Assembly: GCA_047967505.1 (NCBI GenBank)
Contig: CM106538.1
DNA from: Dipteris shenzhenensis
Taxonomy: Eukaryota
Length of the DNA: 64,000 nt
Strand: one strand, 5' to 3'
The notes beneath the pieces were generated by a model. It did no database searches. It was not told the origin of the DNA and worked only from the letters and a program-made list of their open reading frames with translations. Every line of letters begins with the position of its first letter. Position 1 is the first letter of the stretch. This document shows positions 27,201 to 39,000 of the stretch, piece by piece. Made by a program: the position numbers and the translations under genes.

Positions 27201-27783
27201 GACTGCAACCTGCCTGAAGACTACTACCACTGCCAGGTCTCCAGGTTACCAAGGCTACAATTCAAGTTTGGGAAAGAGCAAGAGATTCACCAGTGCAACA
27301 CCAACAGCATGGAAAAGGAAAAGAAAGGTCAGAATTCTATATTCTTTTCAATGTTTTTGACATATATTTCTTCCATCCATAGAACTCTTGATGTTCAAAT
27401 ATCTTCACTCAACTCCACCCTTCTTGTTACATATTCAATTTATACTGTCCAAGAATCTGGTAGATCACCCTAGAATTTGATTGGAGATGGATATGAATAG
27501 AACCTAGAAGTTTGCAACAAAATGCAAGGAGAGTGCTTTATTCATCTCTAGATAGCCCATATCGCATTTTGCTGCAAATTCCTGTTCTCGACACATTCCT
27601 CATGAAAAGCTTCACTCAGCTCCAACCTTTCTCTTGCATAAACTCATACTATCCAGGAATCTGTGAGATGATCCTAGCATTTGATTTGACATGAATATCA
27701 ACAGAACTGAAAAATTTGCAATAAAATGCGAGGAGAGAGCTTGACATTTTTCAAATGGTCCTACATCGCGTTTTCCTGCAAAT
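25044..27783. repeat. Six 69-70 bp modules with inverted-repeat arms (ATTTGCAAYAAAAYRCGA...TCRCRTTTTNNTGCAAAT)
   Basis: Copies at 25044-25112, 25269-25337, 25623-25691, 26322-26390, 27510-27579 and 27714-27783. Confidence 0.85.
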
Positions 27784-27839
27784 TCATGTGTCTCTTTTGG
27801 TTCTCACTTCTTCCTCATTGTTTTGCTATCTTTAGCCTT

Positions 27840-28767
27840 ATGGAATTCTTCCTTGATGATGAGAAATGTTTTTGCTGTGGAACAGTTGACTCTCAGGCCC
27901 CTCCTTTCAAGAGGAAGCTCGACTTTTCTGCTGCTATAATTAGACCACAGCAATCACCAGGTGAGTCATGAGAGCTCATGAAGGGAATTATTTGGTGATA
28001 TCCTATGCATTCCCTGATTGCATGTCATCATATAGAATTCAATGTATATAAATTTTGGAACAGGCAAAAGGAAGAGACTCGAGCAGAATGCTAAGTCTTC
28101 CATCTCAAAACAAAAGGAACCAAAAGAGGACAAATCTCCAGATTTGCTCCTATTTGAGTTTCTTCACAAATGCAAGGCTCACAGGAACTTCCGCACATAC
28201 CACAGTGTTTTCAACATGGAGTTCACTATGAGCTCTATACTGAAGCATCACAAAGATTTTCTTCCAGACCATTGGGATACCTTCAAACAACTGACAGAGA
28301 CAGGAAGAATTGTGAAAGGTGAAAAGGTTTTTGTGCTTATAAATCATATTGTCTCCATTGACAGCCTGAGGTACCATGTGAATAGAAGATTTGACAGCCT
28401 GCCTGATCAATATAAATTCAACTGTAACTTGCACACCAGAAAATGTAGAGTGCTTGAAGAAATCATGGCATTCCTTATATACATTGTCTTCAGTCAGGAC
28501 TCTCTGGATGAACAAGGACAGAAGGCTGAAGAAAAAGACACATCTGAAGCAGAGGAAAAAGAGGATGTTCCTTTGATAACAGAAATGGCAGAGCAAGAAG
28601 AAGATATCAACCTCCAGGATGAGGGGCTGCAAGTGGCTGCTCTTGACCTTGTTGAACTGAGGACAAAAACTCTTAGGGCGGCACAGCCAGTTGAAGATTT
28701 TGATATTCAAAGCAGCAACTATGCAGTGCCCATGCTTCCACGTGTCTTGATTCTTGACAAGATTTAA
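27840..28767 (+). CDS. Two-exon hypothetical protein (274 aa) with basic NLS-like motifs and an acidic C-terminal tract
   Basis: Exons 27840-27960 and 28064-28767. The phase-1 intron 27961-28063 (CAG|gtgagt ... ttggaacag|GC) joins them in frame. Motifs FKRK and GKRKR, with an E/D-rich stretch DEQGQKAEEKDTSEAEEKEDV. Confidence 0.65.
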
Positions 28768-29777
28768 GCTACTAAAGAATCAAGATTCAAGCTACCTGAA
28801 GTTCAACAAAAGCAATGCGATTCAAGCACCATATTCTTGAAACAAAACCATATGCCCAAATATATACAAGATGAACTCTAAAGCCGACAGGCATCCTGAC
28901 CTGACTTGCTCCAAGCACGTATATGCACCCGTCAAATCTTCATTCAGTTTGGATCAGTTTCAATCTCACGATAGTCACTCATATAAGATTGAAAACCATA
29001 AACTCCATCACGCATAGCAGGGACTAGCTACTATGACATCCCCACTAATGTCATCAGCGCCCAACAGTGGGGCTAGACCATAGTATAAAAATATGCTCAC
29101 ACATACAAATCCACACACCCACATACTTGAGCATCCATTTATACAAAGTCTTCGTACTGAGTTTCTGTCGGCACTCCGAAGGTGAAGGACAGACTCAGGC
29201 ATGACGAAAGGAGAAGGCCAATCCAAAAGTAGTCCAAAATCTCTTCATTCAAGCTACAACTGCTTGTGAAGTCTAAATGATTTCATTTAAGTCTCTCCCA
29301 AACGAGCATCTAAATCTAGCTGATAGGGCAACACACCATTTAAGATAGAAAGAATTATCACAATACCAGCAGAAAATAATATATTTGAAATAACTCCAAG
29401 ACACCAGAAAGATGGAACACTATCCTCAATGCAATCACATCTACACTCGGAAGGACAATGAGGGCATCAGCTTAAATTTACAAGTACGGCCTTCACCCAA
29501 AAACTGTGTAGCTCAAAGTTTACTTCTGATTGAAAAAATCATGTCACTTCAAAGTTCAAAGAAGCTTATTTGCGAGGAGGCGGCATGCCTAGAAGCAAGC
29601 CACTGGAATCCATCAACACAGGAGTCAGGCTTGGACTCACTTGCAGTGCATCACATGGATCTTCAGGTATAAACTGAGGTGTCAATTACTTCCCTCATAG
29701 ATCAAACAGAAACTTCTTGAAAAAATAAGAGGCAAAGGATTACAAGATCCTTTACAGACTACCATTGCTCCACTAAC

Positions 29778-30026
29778 GCATGTTCGCTTGCTTCCATCAC
29801 TGATCCAAAGGAAAAAGTGTGGCATCCTCTAGAACTTTGAAATGTTGTGGAGGACTCCCAGCATGTTCGCTTGCTTCCATCACTGATCCAAAGGAAAAAG
29901 TGTGGCATCCTCTAGAACTTTGAAATGTTGTGGAGGACTCCCAGCACGTTCGCTTGCTTCCATCACAGATCCAAAGGAAAAAGTGTGGCATCCTCTAGAA
30001 CTTTGAAATGTTGTGGAGGACTCCCA
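29778..30026. repeat. Three tandem 83-bp copies of the SEC C-terminus, stop and 3' UTR start
   Basis: Near-identical units at 29778-29860, 29861-29943 and 29944-30026. Confidence 0.95.
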
Positions 30027-33000
30027 GCACAATGTAAATTCCACATCTTAAAATAGGCCCTTTCAACGTTCCGCACCTATGCGTTCGTTTTACAGTTAGA
30101 AAGTTAAACACACACGTAAAAGTCAGCATTCCAATACACCTGTGCGTTCTATTTACAGTTAGAAAGCTAAAAGAAAAAGAAACTATTGCATCTCCAAACA
30201 GTAATTTTTGGTTGTGTTTACCCATCGAAGAGTATCAAACAAGGGACAAGATAGCCGAGCTGCACATAGCTTCGACGTCAGCCCTTTTAGCAGAGGAGGG
30301 TTTGTTGCCAATTCCACTGCTCTGTTCTCGTACTCTTGCATGCTGAAACCAATCAAAATCAAGCAAAGTATGAATCTCAACTCTCAAGTTGACTTTAAAA
30401 GCAAGCCACTTCATAACACTAAAATTTTCTCAACTCCACTCAGAAAAGTTTTCTCTAGTCTTCTGGAAAGTCTTTCCCCAGCCGACCCCCCCCCCCCCCA
30501 GGGGGCGAAAGAAAAAAGACACTATTACCTGCCCACAATCATTTCCTTTCCACAGCTCGCAGCAATACAAAGTGAACCTGCAACTCTAGTGGCCATCTTT
30601 TCCAGAGGTAAAGTCACCATGGGAAGGCCAGCCCACAACACATCAGTACCCGTTGTGTGGGCATTACACAATGGCCTGCAATCCAAATATCATATAAAGT
30701 AAGCAGCTCTTACTTCGCAACACATGCTTCAAATCAAATCTTCAGTGAGCTACAAGAAAAAGGCTTTGACACGAGGGCATGAAACTGACAACAGGGGAAA
30801 ATCCCATTCAAACAGTTGCAAAATAGAACTCACGTATCCAAAAAGAGATCTGCTAAAGCACTGCGCCTTATATGCTCATTCTTAGCAGCAACATCCGTGA
30901 AAATAATTTGCTCTGGCTGAACACTTTGAGCAGCAGCAACTGCAAATACCAACAAAATCAATTACCAGTCTTGACTCTGAAGCATAAAGCCATAATATAT
31001 AAGCTAGCAAGACTCACAGGCCCGCAGTCTGGTTTCCCCTGCTGCAGGGAATCGTAGAAGCCATAATGCACTGTTAGGAACTCGGTTCAAAATGTTGCAC
31101 CTGAATAACAACACAAATAAGCAGAATTGAAGAGAGAAAACAAGAATTAAGACTCCATCCTTGTTACAAACAATGAACTAAATGCAACCTCATATACTGA
31201 TAGAGACCAGAACAATTTCGCACAGCTCGCCGTAGCATACAACAAATGTTGCTCACAGAGAAAGAAAAGTAAAGTAGAATACATAAATTTGTGCAATTCA
31301 TACTTCCTGGGTTGCAGGGAAACGCCGTGACATGGAAACTTTTCAGAAACGGAAGATGGTAATCTGGGAAATGGTGGGGTGTAAAGCTGATTTTAGGTCA
31401 CAAGACATATACATATAGAACCCCTGATTATGCAGGACCAAGACTGGAGACTCAAGATATGGGAGGGCCGTTCCTTGACACAGGTGGAGTGGGACCCAGG
31501 GGAGTGGCGCTGGCCACCTTTGGAGACCTCAGAGCACCCTACCCCCTTCTTCTCTTACAGTGCGCGTACTGGTAGGCATGCTCTTGGGGCTCTCCAGCGC
31601 GGGCTACCCACACAGGCACATAGTTGGTATGCCCAGGGGATATCTCTGGTCTTTCTTCGCACTTTCTGGAAGACTCTTTGGGCTAGCTGGCGGCCGAGAA
31701 AGATCTCTTACTTTCTTTGGATGGTGGCACACAAGGGGCTACCAGTTGGCAGCTGACTAAGGCAGATGGGACAGGAGGGGCACTGCCAGATGTGTTTTCA
31801 GGAGGAGTCGTCCCTGAAGCACTGCCTTTGGAGCTGCTCACATGCGCAGACAATTTGGAAGGGAGTCATGGGGATCTTAGCGAGGGCTGCACCCGAGCTA
31901 GGACCGATCACTTGGGAGATGGGACATCACTTGGCTTATGAGTTCTCTAGGCATGATCCCGTCTTCTTCATCACGCAGGCCACCTGGGCATACATGGACA
32001 GCTTCCCTTGGCATCTGACAAAGACAGATGCAGGAGCGATGACTCGGCACCCAGTGTGGGAGATCATAGGGAGCATTACAAGCTGGCATATCTCGACTTC
32101 CAGATGCGCGCAAACCGTAGGAGATCACGCTTCCTCGGCTACCCAGACCCTAGCAGACATTTGGAGCACGATCATTCACACGCTCAAGGGTCAGTGGGAT
32201 CAGATTCAAGGGGAGTCCCGAGCAAGGAAGGAAAAGAGACGGCGCTTCCTTCGCAACTGGGACCACCGGGAGTTGTTCTTCCAACACTCAGCTCAGAGTC
32301 TTCAGTGGCATTACACCCCCCCACCATGGCTGTTTGTCCACTCTCCGATGATTATGCCCTGAGAGGCTTGTAATTAGCATTTTGGCTCCTCGGGCTGTAT
32401 CCATTTTGTGATTGCAGCCCGTTGGCCTTTAGGCCCTCTTGTACTCTCGCTTTCAAGTAATATAACTAGCACTACTTTTTGCGCAAAAAAAAAGACATAT
32501 ACATAGAAGCTAGATAAAATGTTCTGTCAATTTTGCATATGCAATACCCATCCCACCTCCTGGCTACAAATTACTAAGGTAATCACAGTTTTGGCCAAAC
32601 AGCCGGACTGATGGATTCCCATGTTATGGCACACAGGAATTCTGGCCATGCATGTCATTGTGTTAGCCATAGATTTGACTAATCGGCCATGAATTTGGCC
32701 AGAAACTTCGGACAGCGCGTTAGAAACTCAACTATGAAGCTCTTAGTTGAATCGCAGTAGGGAGAGAAGATGGGAGAGGGAGGAAAAGAGCAAGAACACA
32801 GCACTAAGGCCCAGAAATAAGGACTAGACCCCCTCAAAGGTCTTTATTGCAATAGAAATCTTTGTACAAGGTGGCTCACAAGGGAGCAGGGCGTGGATAA
32901 GATTCTACATACAACCGGGAGTCTAGAGGCCCTTATTTTATAGACTAGGCCAGCCAACTAGAAACCATGCGGTTTCTAAAAGCTGGGCCTGCTTTCTTGC

Positions 33001-36000
33001 CTAGAATAGGTGCTTTTCTCTAAAAAGTTAAGCTTCTCCAAAAGTGGGCACCCAAAGTCGAGCTTTCTCCAAAAGTGGGCGCTTTTCTCCATGGAGTGGG
33101 CCCTTCATTAATCAGGGCGTAACTCGTCTTATACTTTTTTTCCTAAAAAAGGTGGGATTTAGCACTCTCCAAAGTCATGCACCTTGCACAAACAATATCC
33201 AACACCTTAACACATTAGAGGTTAGCGAAATGCATGCATTCTAGTTTTTGGACTAATCCTAGTCCCTTGTGGATGTCCCCACAATGTTATTTAGCCAATG
33301 CAACGCTAAGGAAAATAAAGGTTCTCCCTAGTTAACCGAAGTCAACTTTCTTTGACCAAAGTCAATCTTAAAGATTTATCTTTATTTCTTGGGAGAAGTT
33401 CCAAACTTGTGACAGATAGTGTCCACCATACTCAAATCCGTCTATTCCAATAGATCTAGAAGGTTCAAAAACCCTTAGTTCCCATCTTCAAATTCGTGGA
33501 AGGTCTGTGTTAGTAACAATGTGATGTGCAAGATTTTCCTTGAAATGTTTTGTGAAGGTTTCCCTTAGTGACAGAGAAACAATCTCGGCCCTTCATCCAT
33601 TGAGATGATGACACGTGCCATGCTTTGAACCTTGTTTTTTGGGCTAAGGTTTTAGAAGGTCAACCTTGGTGATTGATTGACTTATTTCAGCCAATTTTTC
33701 CTTGACTCACCTTCAAAGGGGAGCTATGTATATGCTTTATTGGCAATATTTTTCCTATGTGTAAATCATTATTTAGTGGTTCCTTCTATGTGCAACAAGC
33801 ATATTCTTTGTGATTACTGGGGGTAAGACTCATGGCTCCCAAGGGAAAGTATAGATCACATGCATCAAAATCATTCTTAGTTATTTCTTGATGATTTTAT
33901 GGTGACCTTACACATTCCATATGTGAGATGGACTTACGTTTGTGATTGATAACTTTGTGAAGACATGGGCACATGTCTGCATGGTTCTAAGTGTGAACCT
34001 GACTTCATGGATCTACATTGGCTTTGCGCAAAATTTGTTGGCTTTCTTCATCAACATGGCAAGAGTGGCAACATGCTGATATACATTTGTGTAATGTATT
34101 TTGTAAAAATTCTCTTTCGCCAGTGGGCATTTTATTCTTAGTGGTTCCTTGGTCAAGCACATTGTGTGTGGTATGAATGCTTGATCAAGCAAAAGTGTTG
34201 AGAAATAGATGATCATAGCATCCAATATCAATGGGGCTAAGTGTGCCTAAGTGAACTTGGTTGTCTCTAGTTATTTGCTAGGCTAGTAACATGTGGGTGT
34301 TATGTGGTAACACCTCCTTGCATGTGAGACACAGGTGGAGTGCTTTGTGAAAGACAAGTGGACCCTTCCCCCTTGCTTATTTAAAGTCTTGTACATGAGT
34401 GTGTGAGACATCTTAGTGACTTGTACTCTCTTCGTAATCAATACAAAATTAGTGTTGCTTTGTCACATCTTGTTTCTCATGTTAGTTTGAATCTCTTCGT
34501 TTTAATACCTAGCAGCCTCGACCGTTGGAAAGGTCACCTCCCCATCTGTAAGCCCCCCAAATGAGGAGAGCATGGGGGAGGGAGACCTAGAACAAGAGGA
34601 TCTGAGCCAGCAACAGTACGGAGCTGTACGGAGGCTTGGGACAGCATGTATGGATCCAGAGGCTGAAAAGGACCTGAAACAGAGCAGGACCTGCAGAGGA
34701 CAAAGGCGCCTACTTGGAAGTGCCTTTGGTCCTGATAAAGGGCCTGCAATAGGCCTCTATGTTAGGGTAAAGGGTGGCGCATACCACGTCTCAAAATGGG
34801 GGAGCAGAGGCCAGCAAAAGCTTGGCAAACCCCCCTATATACAGCCCCACAGGACTGGTGGGGGGAGGGAGCTGGTCAGCCATATGGCCCAGCACACAGC
34901 CCCAAAATAGTTACAAGTCAGGTTTTTTTAGTTTTTAAGGCTTTTTTAGTTCTTTTAGGTTCACTATAAGTAGAACATTCTTCATTCTCTCTTTCATTAA
35001 AAGATCATTCTTTTACACTCCACGCTTCTCTCCTCTCATCAACCTGTTGTAAGATTCTCAAAAATTTTTAAAATGTTGTAAGAGGTGAGTTCATTTCTAA
35101 CCTATTGCATACGCAAGAACTTCTAAGAATCAAGTTTTTGTAAATTTGATTTTTTTTTCAAATCCGATTCTTTTCTCAAAAACTTGTGTGTACCCAACAA
35201 CTTCAAAAAACCATTTTTGCATTAAATCTTTTTTCCACAAATTTTCCTCTTTACTTCAAACTCTCACAAACTATTTTCAAAAATTTCTCTCCTAGCCTAT
35301 TGGGCACGCAACAACTTTCTCATTTACTTCAAACTCCAACTTTCTACGGTGGGGGTTTGCATAACTGTGTGCTCTATCTTGAGCTCTTCTTATGCTATCT
35401 TTAGCTAACTTAAGCATTTGATTCATATCCTCAAGAAAGTCTTTGGCCACTTGAACCTTCTCTTTTTCAAGTCCCACTGTCATTGGGGCTCTAGGTTGAA
35501 ATCCATACATCATCATGAATGGACTAAAACCTGTAGCTGAATGTTTGGCACTGTTATATTCTAATATGGGCAAATACTGTTCCCAATTAGTTTGCCATTT
35601 ATTTGCATATGTTCAAAGCATATCCTCAATGATCTGATTGACTCTTTCAGTTTGACCATCACTCTGTGGAGGGTCCGCGGTGCTCATATTCAATGAAGTT
35701 TCCAATCTCTTAAACACAGCCCTCCAAAAATGGCTATTAAATTTGCTATCCCGATCACTAACAATACCGGCTGGTAGCCCATACAATCTATAGATATGAT
35801 GCACAAATAGCCTAGCTAATTCTAGAGTTTTAACGTCTTCATTGATAGGAATAAAATGAGTCATCTTGGTCAACCGATCCCTCACCTAGGACCTTGACAT
35901 TAATTCCCTCTCGATCATTTACATGAAGCGCAAATAGATATATTACAAACATAGAACCTTTAAGGGAAATGTCGACTGATTCTTCCGAGGTCATGCTACC

Positions 36001-39000
36001 TCGGCTAGAGCGTAACATTCCTTCCCTCTTCAGACATCAGCGTCCTCGATGATAAAGTCTAGGAACACTCTCCGCAACTGGTATACGGATTCCCAGGTAG
36101 CTTCTGATAGAGGCTGACCATGCCATGCAGCTGGAGCCTCCATGTGAGGCCTAAAGCCCCCCCTCATACCTACTGTTGCAAGCTACGACCCAGCCCGTGT
36201 GCTGGTCGCCTATGATGCCGGCCTGAGTCTCTCTGGGCACAGTGAGATTCTAACACCCTCCCTCAATGTCACAACTGTGGGCCAATCCCCATACGTCTGA
36301 TGAGGTGCTCCATCTTTTCTCGAGGGAGTGCCTTCGTGAAGAGGTCGGACAAGTTGTCGGCGGTCGAGCAGTACATGAGCTCAATCACGTTGTTGATGAT
36401 GAGCTCTCGAACAAAGTGGTAATGAACTTCGATATGCTTGGTCCGCCCATGGTACACTGGATTTTTGGCAATGGCTATGCAACTCTGATTGTTGCACATC
36501 AACACTGTTGCGTCCTCCTGACACACGTCTATGTCCTCCAGAATCCATCTCAACCACAATGTCTCACAAGCTGCTGTACATGCGGCTCTGTACTCTGCCT
36601 TTGTAGATGAAAGGGCCACTGTGGGTTGCTTCTTACTCAGCCAAGAGATGGCACCAGATGCAAGTAAGAAGAAATACCCTGTTGTTGATCTTCTGGTGTC
36701 AGCATCACCCGCCCAATCACTGTCACAGAACCTGCCTAGTTCGATGCCTTTGGTGTAGGTGATCCTGTAGGTGCAAGTATCCTTTAGATACCTCAGCACC
36801 CGTAAACCTGCATCCCAATGACTCTTTCTGGGAGAAGCAGAGAACTGGCATAATAGTCCAATTGCATAACAAATATCAGGTTGAGTATTGGTAAGGTAAA
36901 GCAAGCTTCCTACGAATCGTCGGTACAAAGGAGTATCAACCGACTGAGATGTGTCATGAACACTTAGCTTGAGCCGGACCTCCATGGGAGTTACTGCTGT
37001 CCTGCAAACCTCCATCTGGAATCTCTTTAGAAGTTCTCTGCAATATGTCTCCTGTGAAATGAAGATCCTATCTTTGGCCTGCTTTACTTCTATCCCAAGG
37101 AAGTATTGTAATAACCCAAGGTCAGTCATCTCAAACTCAGTCATGAGTAGTTCCTTGACCTGGGAAATCTTCTTGACATGGTCACCTGTCAAGATAAGAT
37201 CATCAACATAGAGGATGAGTACCAATCGCAACCCCTTCTCAATGAACAAGTAGAGGTTTGACTCAGAAGGGCTCCGACTTAGCCCTATCTTCTGAAAGAA
37301 TACATCTATCCTTTGGTACCAAGCTCTGGGAGCCTGTTTCAGCCCGTATAACGCCTTCTTTAACCTGCAGACTTTTAATGGGGACCCTGGATCTTGAAAG
37401 AGCCTCCATGTGAGGCCTAAAGCCCCCCCTCATATCTGCTGTTGCAGGCTGCGACCCAGCCCGTGTGCTGGTCGCCTATGATGCCGGCTTGAGTCTCTCT
37501 CCCCAGCCCTCCTACCTCTTACTGCCCCTTGTCCCCTCAAATCGGGGGCTCACAGGTGGGCACAATGAGATTCTAACAGTAATGCCCTGCCATGGGCTCC
37601 TTTATAGGCCCCAAGGTCTCTAGAAACTGACTGACCAGGCTCCTTCTGGCTGACTCAGCCTGCCTAAAACCGCCCCCACCAGGTTCTATATCTTTGGCTG
37701 TGGGCAGCTCTTTTTGGGCTGTGAGCTTTCTGCATATAAGTGGGGGTGGGGCCCATGAAGTCGGCCACCAGACAAGGTACCGACCCTGCTGGTCGGTCAT
37801 CTAAAGGGGCCTGGGCAGAGCCTATAAAAGGCCCACTTCTCCATTGAGCCCAGCATCCAGTGCATTACAGAAAGCCTTCTCCAAGGCAGTGTTCAGCACC
37901 CAGATCTGGGGGAGTTTGTGAGAGAGTTCATCAGTTTTTCTCCAGCATCCTGCTGTGATTTGTACTGCTCCCTTGGAGCCATTTTCTGCCCACCATCCGG
38001 TGGATGAATATACTCTCTCTCCATCTATTCTTGCTGTTATTTCTGAGTGTGTTTCTGTTGCATCTGTGGTCATCTATCTAAGCTGAGTGTGTAAGAGTTA
38101 GAGAGATCTTGGGTGGAGGATTGAGTGATTCATTCCCTCTTCATTTCTAACAATTACAGTATCCAGCAGCCAGCAGGTTTGGGAGCAGCAGGAGTAGCAG
38201 TACACACACCCTCAGGTCTACATCCAGGAGGCAGAGGAGCCAAACGTTGCTGCAGACTGAGCTCATCTAGGGCAGGAGCCTAGGCTATCTTCTAGGACAG
38301 CAAGGTGCTGAGGTCTTTGGACAGAGAGTCTATACACGCTCGAGGTGGAGCACGTGTCCATAGCTTTGGATGTGGAAATATATTGTTTTGGTGGTTTCTA
38401 TATCTGGCTAGATCAATTAGTCTGCAGATCTATTTGAAGCCCATACAGTTATGTTAACCTGATCAAGTTTGGGGCTGTTTCATCTGGTATCAGAGCCAAC
38501 TTTGAACTTGTTGCTTTGGGGAAAGCGTAAATTCCCTTTGGTGAAGGATGCATATGTCCATGGTAGTAATAGCGAGAAGAGATTGAGAAAATCCAGTTGG
38601 ACAAGCTTTGGGGGCTTCATGGGCTGATTGCGAAGTTCAGCAAAGTGATTGGATGTGCTTTGAGGATGGAGCACCCTGAGAATTCAGCAACGAATCTTCA
38701 GCTTGTGCAACAGAGTTTCTGCAAGCACTGCGTTCCTGGAGTTGGAACATTGCTTTTGTACGATTAAGAGGATAGCATCCTCAATCCGGCCTTGTGTCTG
38801 TATTAAAGGGACAGACCATCTGAGCGCAGTTTTGGTGTATTGGCTGGTGGGCTGTTGTGCCCTGAGATCTAGGCCATGAGTTGCGCAGATTGTTGTATCA
38901 GCTGATGGGCTGTTGCGTCCTGGAGTTCACGGCTGCGTATGGCTGTGTTAGCCTTGGTATGAAGGATTCGCTGTCTAAGGTAGCAGAGTACCAGGGCAGG

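Noticed and set aside
25044-27783. CRISPR array or true integron
   Set aside because: The context is eukaryotic, spacing is irregular, intervening sequences are themselves duplicated, and there is no cas or integrase gene.
28150-28710. 186-aa minus-strand ORF
   Set aside because: Antisense to the spliced plus-strand gene and has shadow-like F/L-rich composition.
28767-29963. Functional link between SEC (a modifier of chromatin proteins) and the adjacent island
   Set aside because: Only proximity supports it. Chance adjacency is the simpler explanation.
30486-30505. C14-A-G5 run in a SEC intron as a structural element
   Set aside because: A simple homopolymer with no further support.
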